From Octopus sinensis (Eukaryota), in the NCBI RefSeq assembly GCF_006345805.1, contig NC_043002.1, forward strand, positions 35,464,001 to 35,528,000: 64,000 nucleotides of DNA, read 5' to 3'. A program made the translations under genes and the position numbers. A model generated the notes under the pieces. That model did not search any database. It was not told where the DNA came from and worked only from the letters and a program-made list of their open reading frames with translations. Shown piece by piece: positions 11,787 to 23,370 of the stretch (its first letter is position 1; each line of letters opens with the position of its first letter).

Positions 11787-12593
11787 GTGGCACATAAAAA
11801 GCACCATCCGGATGTGGCCGTTACCAGCGCCACCTCGACTGGCTTCTGTGCCGGTGGCACATAAAAAGCACCATCCGAACGTGGCCGATGCCAGCACCGC
11901 CCCGACTGGCTCCTGTGCCGGTGGCACATAAAAAGCACCATCCGAACGTGGCCGATGCCAGCGCGCCCTGACTGGCTTCTGTGCCAGTGGCACATAAAAA
12001 TAACCATCCGAATGTGGCCGATGCCAGTGCCGCCCCGACTGGCTTCTGTGCCGGTGGCACATAAAAAGCACCATCCGAACGTGGCCGATGCCAGCCCCAC
12101 CCCGACTGGCTTCTGTGCCGGTGGCACATAAAAAGCACCATCCGAACGTGGCTGTTGCCAGCTCCGCCCTTTACTGGCTTCTGTGCCAGTGGCACATAAA
12201 ATGCACTATCCAAACATGGCTGATGCCAGCGCCGCCCCGACTGGCTTCTGTGCCGGTGGCACATAAAAAGCACCATCCGAACGTGGCTGTTGCCAGCTCC
12301 GCCCTTTACTGGCTTCTGTGCCGGTGGCACATAAAATGCACTATCCGAACATGGCTGATGCCAGCCCCACCCCGACTGGCTTCTGTGCCGGTGGCACATA
12401 AATAGCACCATCCAAACGTGGCCGATGCCAGCGCTGCCCTGACTGGCTTCTGTGCCAGTGGCACATAAAAAGCACCATCCGAACGTGGCTGTTGCCAGCG
12501 CCGCCTTAGCTGGCTTCCGTGCCGGTGGCACGTTAAAAGCTCCAACCGATCGTGGCCGATGCTGGACCCCCCTGGCACCTGTGCAGGTGGCAC
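11787..12593 (+). repeat. Tandem array of 12 x ~67-bp double-hairpin units in the RTE 3' UTR
   Basis: GTGGCAC anchors at 11787, 11854, 11921, 11987, 12054, 12121, 12189, 12256, 12324, 12391, 12458, 12525, 12587. Confidence 0.95.
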
Positions 12594-13164
12594 GTAAAAA
12601 GCACCCACTACACTCGCGGAGTGGTTGGCGTTAGGAAGGGCATCCAGCTGTAGAAACTCTGCCAGATCAGACTGGAGCCTGGTGCAGCCCCTGGCTTCCC
12701 AGACCCCGGTCGAACCGTCCAACCCGTGCTAGCGCGGAAAACGGACGTTAAACGATGATGATGATGATGATAATGATGAAAAAGAAGCACAAAAGGAGTA
12801 TGTAGGAATTCTATACTGTGTATATAATATAACCAATAGCTACACAAAAAGTGCTGTGGAATCTTAGACATGCGGAAAGAAAATAATGATTCATGCATTA
12901 TATATGTATAGGAGTAGCTAACAGGAATTGACAATACCTATTACTTACACCAGCAGTTCTCAAACACATTTCAGTATAGAATCCATTGTACAGTTTTCTA
13001 AAAATCACAGAACCCACAACTATATTTTACAGACAACATCTACCACTCTAAATTTAATAAAACATTAAATGAAACTAAAATTGCTTTCAAAGAAAGAATT
13101 TATTCATCTCTCTCCCTCTCTCTCTCTTTCTCTCTCTTTCTCCATCTGCCAGAACTCTCAGCCT

Positions 13165-13430
13165 TACAGCAAATGTATTGCCCACAAAACCTTTACAGTG
13201 CCTGTCCTCATGCTTACATTTGGCCTTCTGAACTGGTCACTACAAGAACTCGACGAGATAGATGTTTGAACTCGCACACTGCTCAGTGTTACAGGAAACT
13301 TCAATATTAATGGAGATGTAGACAGGTTATACTTCCCAGGTGGCTGTGGTCTCAAATCTGTACTGATGTCATATAAAGCATTTATTGTGACACTGAAACA
13401 GCTGCAGCAGAGGAAAAAGACCAATAACTA
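13165..13430 (+). mobile_element. R4/Dong-like non-LTR retrotransposon relic (post-RT region)
   Basis: TFTVPVLMLTFGLLNWSLQELDEIDV*TRTLLSVTGNFNINGDVDRLYFPGGCGLKS resembles the R4-clade VPVL.YSFG..NW..EL..ID.KTR...DVDRLY.PR..GGRGL motif. Confidence 0.55.
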
Positions 13431-13444
13431 TCTTAAAACAGCCT

Positions 13445-14095
13445 AGTCACTTGTCTAGTTAATCAGGTGGTACAGGAAGGTGTCACACCCAATAACTGAT
13501 GTAGCAGCATCACAGTCAACAGTTACAAGGGTAAAGGAGATGCCTTAGAAAGAATTAATTACAATGGTATCATATTATTGGACCAGGTTATGAAAGTCAC
13601 TGAAAGAATCAGAACCTAGTTAATTAGAAAGAGAGTTAATCTAGATGAGATGCAGTTTGGTATCATACCAGGGAGAAGCACTACTGATGCACCCTTTATA
13701 GTTTTGCAACTTCAGAAGAAATATTTAGCAAAGAGTAAACTACTGACCTGGAGAAAGACTTTGACAGATTGTCTCAATCCCTCATGAGGAGGTTGATGTG
13801 AAAGCTAGGAGTAGATGAATGGCTAGTGAGAGCAGTTCAAGACATGTACAGAGATGCTGTCACCAAAGTGAGAGTTAACAATGAGTACAATAATGAATCT
13901 AGTGTGCAGGTAGGAGTTCATCAGAGTTCAGTTATCAATCTCCTCTTATTTATCATAGTCCTCCAAGTCACAAGAGAGGAATTTAGGACTGGTTGCTCAT
14001 AGGAACTTCTCTATGCTGATGACCTTGTCCTTACTGCTGAAACTGTAGGTGAATTAGAATTAAGATTCCAAGTGGGAACTAAACCCAGAATCAAA
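13445..14095 (+). mobile_element. Degraded RTE RT fragment
   Basis: CTAGATGAGATGCAGTTTGG, GTAGGAGTTCATCAG, CTCTATGCTGATGACCTTG are homologous to ~10100-10820. Confidence 0.8.
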
Positions 14096-15235
14096 GGGTC
14101 TTAAATATGTCAAAAACTTCTTAGGGTCATTGTTAAAAAAACAAAAAAAACAATGATAAAGTGTGAGATAGAAGGATCTGGAATGATGCTGAATTTGTCT
14201 TGACTCAGAGCAGTTTGAAAATTTACTCTACTTTATGGAGAGATTATGGTCCAAATTGACATCAATTGAGATGCAAGTTTAGTTGGTCGAATCTGTGCAG
14301 CAAACAAGTTGCCAAAATTTCTTGTCTTCCCACTTTACCTGTGTTCTGACAAAACTACAGACCAAATAAAGAAAATGTATTTATTAAAAATTACAAACTA
14401 TCATTGACTGAACTACATAACATATTGAATAGAGAGACTACGCAATTGTAGCTCATATTCTCACACACAAACATACAGACATGTTACTCTGACAATCTGT
14501 TGTTCATATTATCACAGGACATATTCACTAGATTAACACAACCTTGACTTTTGGCATAATTATTGTTATACTGTCATGTAACCTAATATATAGACATAAC
14601 ATGCTATTATTACCCATGTCATTATATGATACATTCACTAGCCTAATACAGACTTAACTTTTGACATAACTATCATTCACACATCTGATCAACTCCAACC
14701 AACCAAACAGTACTTCAACATCATCACCATCGTTTTTATTTCTACTTTTCCATACTGGTGGTATGGGTTGGATGGGACTATTTTATTTGTAATGCCATCC
14801 AACCCATACCAACATCAGGGGCATATATTCTGGGTGTGCTAGGTGTGTGCTGCACACCTATCGAAAATAGCAAATTCATTATAAATATTAACCTTACTCA
14901 TTAATTTAATCACAAATCTTAATGGAAAACTTTTATTTGCTTGAAATTTGGTGGCATTGGGTGAGGTAGCACACCCAATACGACAACCACCATATGCTAC
15001 TGACCAACATATATTTTATGGTCAGTTGCTCTTCCTGATGCAGTCTTTTCAGTTGTCTCTTATGACATGCAGAAATACATCTCAGAATTAAGATGCATAT
15101 CCCACCCACACACACACACCAAGCACACACAAGCATAAACATACACACTTACATGTGAAATATATATTTTATTTGCATGCTTGAGATTTGATTTTTATTG
15201 AATTTCAAAAGGAACATACACAATAGTATACTTAC

Positions 15236-15352
15236 GCCTTTTTCTACAGCTTCATCAGAATATTCCTTCAATCGGTTTTTTACTTCAACATCAGATATTC
15301 TGGAAAGTGCTTTTGTTAGAACATTTGGTGGGATTCCTGCTTGTTCACCAAC
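15236..15352 (-). CDS. GSTK1: GSTK1 coding exon 6 (117 bp)
   Basis: TAG|GTTGGT...GGC|GTAAGT; VGEQAGIPPNVLTKALSRISDVEVKNRLKEYSDEAVEKG; phase 0/0. Confidence 0.95.
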
Positions 15353-15438
15353 CTAAATAGAATTCAGTAGTAGAAACAATAAGTGTTGAAGAATGAAACA
15401 TTTGGTAAGATTCCTGTTTAATTCAGTAATCAAAACTA

Positions 15439-15550
15439 TACCACCACCACCACCGCCGCCACAGCCGCCGCCGCCACTGCCACCACCACCACCACCGCAG
15501 CCGCCACTGCCACCACCACTGCCGCCGCCACTGCCACCACCACCACCACC
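15439..15550. repeat. (CCA/CCG/CTG)n GC-rich trinucleotide tract followed by an ~18-bp duplication
   Basis: Directly visible; AACTTAAATATCCTC occurs twice at 15551-15588. Confidence 0.85.
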
Positions 15551-16055
15551 AACTTAAATATCCTCTCACCAACTTAAATATCCTCACCATCCTCTATTTT
15601 TTAAAAATGGCTCCTAGGGAAAGATGTGTTTATCAAATGTACTTTTCCTATTTTTATATTTTCTATGCATGCATTTCCTATTTTCCACAGTCTGTGAATG
15701 TCATTTTAGAAAACTTATTTAGTTGGGTTATATTCCCTTAATTTCCTAAAAATTCTCTGTGAGAAACACCTATATAAGGGATGGAATTTTGAAGGAAAAG
15801 AGTGCTGTAAGAAAAGTGAATGTTGCAACAACAGCATGTTGGAAGAAAGATTTATAACTTAGTTGTAGAATGAAACTGATGGTTAGTTTAATTTGAAAAA
15901 GACAAAGCAAAAACATTTTTTTACATGTTGAGAATGGAGTAAGAGGTAGGGTCAGTAGCCTTTACAGGACCTTCTAGACTGGTGAGATTGATGCTATTCA
16001 TGAATTTATCTATTTTATCTCACAATTTATGAATAGTAACATCATCTGCTATATA

Positions 16056-17343
16056 CAAGTGTCAGCTGAAAAGTTCATAGGCTGACCGAGATACTTTAAA
16101 GGAATGTGACCAAATGAAGTTTGTTTTTCAACATAATACCCCTTGTGGACCATGCACTTCTTCCATCAGTGTTGCAGTGCTTGGATCCCATTGGTAAAAA
16201 AAGTTTTCATCCTGTTAGTCAAAAATGTCATCAACAGCAGATATGACATCATTACTGTGATGTTGGTTCTCAGCCAAGTGTTTTTTTCATATTGGGGAAC
16301 AGATGATACTCAGATGTAGCCAAACCAAGAGAATAGGGAGGGTGATCAACCAGTTCAAAGCCACAGTTATACACAACAGTCATTGAAACCAAGGACTTGT
16401 GTGCTGGAGCATTGTCCTGGTGAAACAATACCCCTTTCATTAGTTTTCTTGGGTATTTGGCCTTGACAGCCTTTTGTAACTGTCTCAGTAAGTTGGCATG
16501 GTACTCTTCATTGACAGTGTAGCCCTTATAAATATAGCCAATAAACACAATGCCTTTCGCATCTCAAAAAACTGAGGCTATCAGCTTTCCTGCAGATGAA
16601 ATGACCTTGACTTTCATTGGAGCAGGTGAGGAGGGTGTTTCCACGGCATGGGTTGTCTCTTTGTCTCAGGATCAAAGTGATGAACCCAACACTCATTCTG
16701 GGTTAGGAAACATTCAAGGAAACCAGTTGCATCTGTCTCAAACGATGTGAGACTTTTCTGTGATGTGATCAGTCTGGTACACTTTTGATCAGGTGTCAAA
16801 AGATGTGGTACCCACCAAGCAGAAACCTTCATCATGCCAAGTTCATTGTGCAGAATATTCTCAACTCCATCAGGGGACATGCTAATAGCATTGGCTATTT
16901 GATTAATAGTCAATCACCTGCCATTCATCATCATGTAGTGAACATGATCGATGTTTTCCTTGGGGTGGCAGTTGCAGGACGTCCAGACCTAGGATCATCA
17001 AAACTCTCCCTTCCCTTCACAAATTCGGCTACCCACTTATACACTGTTGATAAAGCTGCAGCATAATCCTCTAACATAGCAACCATGTCAGCATGAATGT
17101 CCTTGGGGGATAAACCCTTTTTCTGCAAGTACTTGATCACTTCATAATACCAAAGTTTGTCCATTTGCAAGAGAAATTACTACTGGTTACTTCTGAATTT
17201 TCTTTGAACAGTCAGATGTCAGTTTACATGGAAAGAAACATTGCACTTATTAAGAAGAAAAGTTGAAATTAATGCATGCATAATTTCACAGTTCTAGCAT
17301 CACTCCTTCATAGTCAGCCTCTGAACTTTTTGGTCCACCTTCA
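16056..17343 (-). mobile_element. Full-length degenerate mariner transposon
   Basis: TA-flanked imperfect TIRs (AAAAGTTCATAGGCTGAC / GTCAGCCTCTGAACTTTT); frameshifted transposase with DDPRSGRP, WVPHLL, FHQDNAPAH, HPPYSLGLA motifs. Confidence 0.9.
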
Positions 17344-17349
17344 TATCTC

Positions 17350-18180
17350 CAACAGGCCAATCACTAGTTCATTGCATTTCTGGTTGTAATAGTGAACAGC
17401 AAAGGTCAACATACTGGAAAGGAAGGACTGGACATAGGAATTAGTACACGACATAGGAAGTTGAACACAAGATAGAAGATGAGGGGAGGAGAGACAAATG
17501 GGATGGCAATGCTTGAGTGGAGTGATTATTGCAGGGCCTGGGAAGGTGGGGTTAGAAATAACAAGGAAAGTGAGAGGAGAGATGACTGGGATGGAAATGC
17601 CTGAGTGGTGGTGCATGAGCTCAGCTAGCTTCAAGGAGAAAAGGCTATTGTAGTAGTTGTAGAAAAGGCAGAGAAAGGATAACACATCTGTGGATCAGAG
17701 TTAGGAATATATCTGAGTGACTTTATGCCAATCAATCAAATAGATCTTTACTGAATTCAGTTGAGGCTGCATGCAGAAGTAAGACTGTCCTCATGTGAGA
17801 GTAAAACTCCATTGTGGGCCTCATCTGAGTTTTGTAGAATTTCAGGATTTATTTGGAGGAGTTCTTAGAGATATTTGAAATGAATGCAAATAGGGCAAAG
17901 GCTACGAGAGTCAGAACGGTATTGCTTTCCTTGGGAATGAGATGTCCTGTAGTGTGTTTCCAAAGGTCAGGTTGGATCCATGTAGAGAGGGAGAGATTGA
18001 AAAGTTTGGTGAGTATAGGGGCTAGCTTTGAGGTGTAGTATCTGAAGGTAATACAAGGGTCATCAGCAGGAATAGTGACCATGTGTTGTTTGAAGTAACC
18101 AAAAGTACTTTCACATTTAACATACACATAAGCAAGGTTGTGGGCCTGTAGGAGTGGAAGGAGACAGGGAATCAGATGAA
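17350..18180 (-). mobile_element. CR1/Jockey-group LINE relic (start of RT)
   Basis: Track ORF 17849-18127: ADDPCITFRYYTSKLAPILTKLFNLSLSTWIQPDLWKHTTGHLIPK; boundaries approximate. Confidence 0.55.
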
Positions 18181-18390
18181 CTCAATGCTTGAATATGATG
18201 CTTGCAGTGGAGCAAATTCAGTTAGGGGTTATATGGTGGTGTCAAACCAAGCATTACATCATGTGCTTGTCACTAAAAGAAAGTAAAACAATAAAGTTAA
18301 CAGTTGTTGTAGGTTTAGTACCTATTACAACATTCCACAACAAATCTTATCACATAAGTGGATATTTAAAACACAAGTAGATGTACTTAC

Positions 18391-18426
18391 CTCTTGAAAA
18401 CTTTTGATTTCTGTAATGTCTTTATC
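18391..18426 (-). CDS. GSTK1: GSTK1 coding exon 5 (36 bp)
   Basis: TTGCAG|GATAAA...GAG|GTAAGT; DKDITEIKSFQE aligns with human NEDITEPQSILA. Confidence 0.92.
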
Positions 18427-18841
18427 CTGCAATAATTAATGGAAAATACTTATGGAAATGAAAAACAATTATCCTCTTTCCTGACTTCCATCAGATTTAG
18501 GGATGCGAGGGAAGTTTACAGGCACAGATATGTGCCTGTAAACAATAAGCTCATTAGTATTATAAAATTTGCTTTGTAACCACATGGTTTTGGGTCCACT
18601 CCACTCAAGACACCTTGAACAAGTGTCTTCAACTTATAATGATTAATGCCTTAAGTGTGAAATTGAGAGGCAGAAACTATTGTATAGAAGTTCATTGTGT
18701 GCATGTGTGTGTGTGTGTGTGAATGCTAATTTCTGTGTGACTTCACCATGAGCAATGGTGATAGTTTGTTTACATCTCCTGCATATAATACATACTGCAC
18801 CTCAGTGGTTTTGATATGTGAAGACAAGTGGAATACCATAG

Positions 18842-18873
18842 TTGGTGGCAGTGGCGGCGGCGGCACCACCACC

Positions 18874-18906
<33 letters not shown>

Positions 18907-18940
18907 TCCTCCTCCTCCTCCTCCTCCGCCACTGCCATCA
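18842..18940. repeat. Compound trinucleotide microsatellite (GGC-ACC-ATC-TCC)
   Basis: Directly visible. Confidence 0.85.
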
Positions 18941-19502
18941 TTTAGCATCAATATTCCATGCTGAATGGGTGGGATGGTTTGACAGGATCTGACTGGTCAG
19001 AGAACATATCAAGCAGCAGTGCCTGTTATGGCAAGGTTTCTATGGATGGAAGCCCTTTCTAAAGACAGCTACTTTACAGAGTGTACTGGGTGCTAAAAAA
19101 AGGTAAAGGTTGGTAGCAGGAAAGGCATATGACCATAGAATGCTGTCTGAAATTGATCTTGTCCAACCTATGCTGACATGGAAAAAGTAGCTGTAATGAT
19201 AATTATGACTAGCTGGGAAAATAAAAAAAAAATCTTTATTTCACTATAGTTTGGGCATTTATTGAATAATTCCATTTTGAAATTTAACTAAAAAAAATTA
19301 GCAGACACAACATACAACCTAACAAAACATACATCAATGATGGAGACTCCACACTGTCATTTGGTTGGCTTTTTAGCGGGTCAAATGACAATTTGGAGGA
19401 GAATTGAATGTTCTTTTTAGGGTGGCTAAATCTGTCCTTTTTATAAGGGCAGAATATATTAAATTGTTTAGTCCTACAGAACCACCAAAATACAGGATAG
19501 TT

Positions 19503-20250
19503 ATAATAATAATAAATAATAATAATAATTGTGTACAGTGCTCAGGTGCACTACAACTCATCTAAAGTGTATATATAATCAGGTGTAGTTTCGACGGATT
19601 TCGGGAAGCATGAGGGCCTTAAAGGATGCAGTGTCATGGCAGTCAACAACTGATGCAGGCAGTTTATTCCACGCTTCAGCAACCCTGAGCGTGAAAAAAT
19701 GTTTCCGAAAGTCATGGGAGCTGTGCTGTTTTCTGACTTTGTAGGCATGTCCACATGTGTTAGACACATGGAGATCAAAAAGGTGTTCAGTGTTGTTGTT
19801 GGTGAGGTGGTTGATAACCTTGTGGGTGTTTACCAAGTCCGTCGCCAGACGCCGGAGCTTCAGTGAATCCATGCCCAGGGAAACAAGGCGCTCAGAATAT
19901 GATAGGTGTCTGATGGAGGGTATGCGTTTGGTTGCACGTCTCTGGACAGATTCCAGGAGGTCAATGTTCTGAGCAAGATAGGGATTCCAAACTGATGATG
20001 CGAATTCCAAGTGTGGTCGTACCATAGCTGTATACAGTTTTAAATAGATGGCTGGAGAGCGGCTAACAAAAGTCTTGCTGAGTGATGCCAAGACACCCTC
20101 GGCCTTCTTGACAATTTTAGAGATATGCTTTGTCCAACGCAAATCACTGCTGACAGTGATGCCTAGGTCACGCTCGCAAGAGGATTTCTTGATATCAGTG
20201 TTGTGGAGGGAGTATGTGGACGCAGGGTTTTTTCTCCCAGACTGCAACGA
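19503..20250 (-). mobile_element. Young 5'-truncated CR1-clade LINE (family 1) with (TAT)n tail
   Basis: Open 222-aa frame ERDLG..VRPHLEFASSVWNPY..LESVQRRATK..SLKLRRLATDL..FFTLRV..WNKLP; 4 differences from 56159-56620 over ~465 bp by manual comparison. Confidence 0.92.
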
Positions 20251-20424
20251 CTTTCATCATATCAGCTTGATTAAGGTTAACCTGGGACTAAACAACAACA
20301 TAACAAAACAGAAAGTAAACAATATAAAAGAAAAAAAAACAGATTGTCATTTTAATAAATCTTCTTTCAAATCATGTAATCACTAAACTCTCTGGAAGTT
20401 TAAAAACATCAATGACAAGAGAAG

Positions 20425-20788
20425 ATACCAACAGGCACAAGTGTGATTGTGTGGTAAGAAGCTTGCTTTCAAACCACATGGTTCTGGGTTCAGTCTCATT
20501 GTGTGGCATCTTGGGCATGTATCTTCTACTATAGCCTTGGGCCAACCAAAGCCTTGTGAGTGGATTTGGTAGACGGAAACTGAAAGAAGCCCACTGTATA
20601 TGTATGTGTATATATATATATTTCAAATAAGAAAATGGAGAAGCACATTAGTTGGTTCATCAGCTTTAGGATATTAAAATGTTGACTTAAAAACACTTGT
20701 GTATTAATAATTGGGTATTATACCAACAGTATATTGGATAAGTATTATCCCTTAGTGTGTTGGATCCACAACCCCTAACTTACTTGTT

Positions 20789-20847
<59 letters not shown>

Positions 20848-21090
20848 ATATATGTATAAATTTATGTGTATGTGTGTGTCTGTGTTTGTCCCTTGCCATT
20901 GCTTCACAACTGGTGCTGGTGTGTTTATGGCCCTGTAACTTAGTGATTTGGTAAAAGAGACCAATAGAATAAGTACCAGGCTTACAAAGAATAAGTTCTT
21001 GGGTTGATTTGTTCAACTAAAACTTTTTAAGGCAGTGCTCCAGTATGGCTGCAGTCAAATGACTGAAACAAGCAAAAGAATGAAAGAATA
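20425..21090 (+). mobile_element. SINE family B head, microsatellite/unique insert, family C 3' module
   Basis: Head GTGTGGTAAGAAGCTTGC..GGTTCTGGGTTCAGTC; 3' module ..AATAAGTACCAGGCTTACAAAG..GGCAGTGCTCCAG..; reverse-homologous to 29655-30045. Confidence 0.75.
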
Positions 21091-21169
21091 AATATGTCAT
21101 TTTATCTTATGATAGCAGTGACAGTAGTGAAAATCATTACAGTTTTTGATTTTTAATAAAACAGTCCTC

Positions 21170-21310
21170 TCAAATTCTGCTGAGGTTGACTTTGCCTTTC
21201 ATCCTTTTGGGGGTCGATAAAACAAGTACTAGTTGAATACTGGGGTTGATGTAATTGACTAGCCCCTCCCCTGAACTAGCTGGACTTGTGCCAAAATTTG
21301 AAACCAATAA
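21170..21310 (+). mobile_element. SINE family A fragment (Deu/Nin-like central domain)
   Basis: GACTTTGCCTTTCATCCTTTTGGGGGTCGATAAAACAAGTAC resembles the Deu-domain core; many copies in the window. Confidence 0.65.
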
Positions 21311-21656
21311 ATACCATCTTTTATTGTTGTTGTTATCTTCTAGAAGCTGAGTAACCTGAGAGCAAAAAAGCAAACAGTTACAACTTCCTATTTTATCTCA
21401 CCTAAGAATGTGAAGTTTTTTGTTTTTATTTATTTATTTATTTTTTTGTATCTGAAAAATTAAACTTCTACTCAATTATTACCTATTTCCTACTGATCTA
21501 AATTAATACATAATCACAATTTCAAACCACTGTAGTCAGCTTTGCAGATATTCCAGCCTACTATGAAAAGTTGATTTTCAATGTCAGTCAAATTATTTTT
21601 TATACTAGTAAATAATACACTTTCAGAATATCAATTGATATATATACATAACATAC

Positions 21657-21785
21657 CAGGCTATGTATTCTCATCCACAATAACTGTGAAATATTTCCTG
21701 TAAATTTAGGCTCCATCATATCGATAACTGTAATGAACCGTTGAGCATTCAATGAACCTTTGCCGAACATTGTAGTAAATGGGTC
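21657..21785 (-). CDS. GSTK1: GSTK1 coding exon 4 (129 bp)
   Basis: TTTTAG|GACCCA...CTG|GTATGT; DPFTTMFGKGSLNAQRFITVIDMMEPKFTGNISQLLWMRIHSL. Confidence 0.95.
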
Positions 21786-21876
21786 CTAAAAAAAATAAAG
21801 GAAACAAATAAATGCTTTTGACAAATGGAATGTTCTAAATTTAATATACTCATTATAAGCTGTTTAAATTACTTAC

Positions 21877-21980
21877 AGAGGGTATCTTTAATGGCACATC
21901 AAAGTATTTACTCATTCTCTGTATATCCACAAACAAGTATTTGGCTTTTTCTGGTGAAACTAGGGCAGGTGGTTTATTAC
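21877..21980 (-). CDS. GSTK1: GSTK1 coding exon 3 (104 bp)
   Basis: TTACAG|GTAATAAA...TCT|GTAAGT; (G)NKPPALVSPEKAKYLFVDIQRMSKYFDVPLKIPS; phase 1 to 0. Confidence 0.95.
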
Positions 21981-23149
21981 CTGTAACACCAAAAAAAAAA
22001 AAAAAAAATGATTTAAACCTTTAACAAAAATACATCAGTTAGTTTCTCTTAAAAGAAGATGAGTTTGGTGAAACAAAAAAGAAACTAGGTAAAAAGAAAA
22101 TTAGAGCTTTGTAGGATAAATTTTTTTCATGAAATTATATAGGCTCTGGACATTTGTATTTTCTAAATAGACCAAATCCTTCATAATTCTTTAGAGAATC
22201 CCTTTTAGTTGAAGATAACCATCTTATGGTGAATAATTGTTTGAGATGAGCTCAATATGGAACAGCTGTTATACAACTACTTCAGTTAGTCACGATACTT
22301 GACTAAATGAAGTTTTTAGTCTTGGGTTGAGCATTGTTAAGAGATTTTCTTTTCATTACCAGGCTTAGATGAGGAGTTACACTAAGTGGCTAATGAAACA
22401 CATAGTGCTCTTGCTTCTCATAGCAGTAAGCTGTATCTTTACATGTGGTGTCTTTTTATTACTGCTGGGAGTGAACCAATGAAGGTTAACTGTCATGGCC
22501 TTGGACATAGTGTTAATGATAGATATAAATTATTGACTCCTTCAACAGACATACAGTTTAATATGACTCAATCAACCACAGTTCTTTTGATACAGTATAT
22601 TATTTTACAGAAGGAATGGAATACTAGAGATTGTTGCACTAGAAGTGATCTAGATGTAAGTGTTTTATGCTTTATCAGCAAATTTGCTACCTGACTGTTT
22701 TGAGTTCAAAACCCATTAGGCTTCAAATATGTATTTAATCTTTCCATTAATGATAATAGAAATAATAAAAATAAACTTAATCATTTCTTGTACTTGATGA
22801 GTTCATAGAGGTGATGCTTAACTTTGATTTATTGAAGCAGAAAGTGGATGAGAAAAACATTAGCCAGGGATAAGGTACTAATTTATCACAGATAACTTTT
22901 CCCAAAAGGTCTGGTACCTAGTTTATGGTAAACTGATCCAAATAGAATTAACAGAACAACCATACTTGCAGTACAATGTGGACTTATGATCTGTACATTT
23001 GTAATATGATACATTATTCCTTAATAAGTTTCACTTCTTGTAACATACATAGATTGATTGCAATCAGCTCTGTAAAATCAATCTGATGCCATTGTAGTTT
23101 ACTAGTTCACCTTAGTTTTTCAATGCCACCAATATTTGTGAGATGATTA

Positions 23150-23370
23150 AGGTGATGAGCTGGCAGAATCGAGTGCACACTGGACAAAATGCTGCTAAGC
23201 ATTTTGTCCGTCTTTACATTTTAAGTATAAATTCTGTTGGAGTTGACTTTGCCTTTCTTCCTTTTGAGGTCAAGAAAATAAGTAACAGTTGAACACTGAA
23301 GTCAATTTAATTGACTTCACCCATCCCCCAAACCTACTGGCCTCGTGCTAAAATTTGAAACCAATATTTA
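23150..23370 (+). mobile_element. SINE family A copy
   Basis: GATGAGCTGGCAGAATCG..GACTTTGCCTTTC..AAAATTTGAAACCAAT. Confidence 0.7.

Larger units (their letters stand above)
9183..12779 (+). mobile_element. 5'-truncated, relatively young RTE-clade LINE (APE C-terminus, RT, 3' UTR array, (GAT)n tail)
   Basis: Frame open from 9183 (NLLICNT..SQIDFIL..QHRL, APE end) with a single TAG at 9737-9739; RT motifs QFGFVPGRSTTDAIF, FVDLEKAFDRV, GVHQGSALSP, LYADD, YLG; frameshift near 11260; tail AAACGATGATGATG. Confidence 0.93.

Noticed and set aside
11787-12593. 67-bp array as a CRISPR array
   Set aside because: The variable parts are short mutated versions of each other rather than unique spacers, there are no cas genes, and the array sits in a LINE 3' UTR in eukaryotic DNA
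11426-12722. Long ORFs (233 aa, 236 aa, etc.) over the array, and similar ORFs at 724-1424
   Set aside because: Artefacts of a stop-poor tandem repeat, open in several frames on both strands
21500-21560. Exon-like AGISAKLTT reading on the minus strand
   Set aside because: The true homologous segment is exon 6 (15236-15352); no suitable donor, so a chance match
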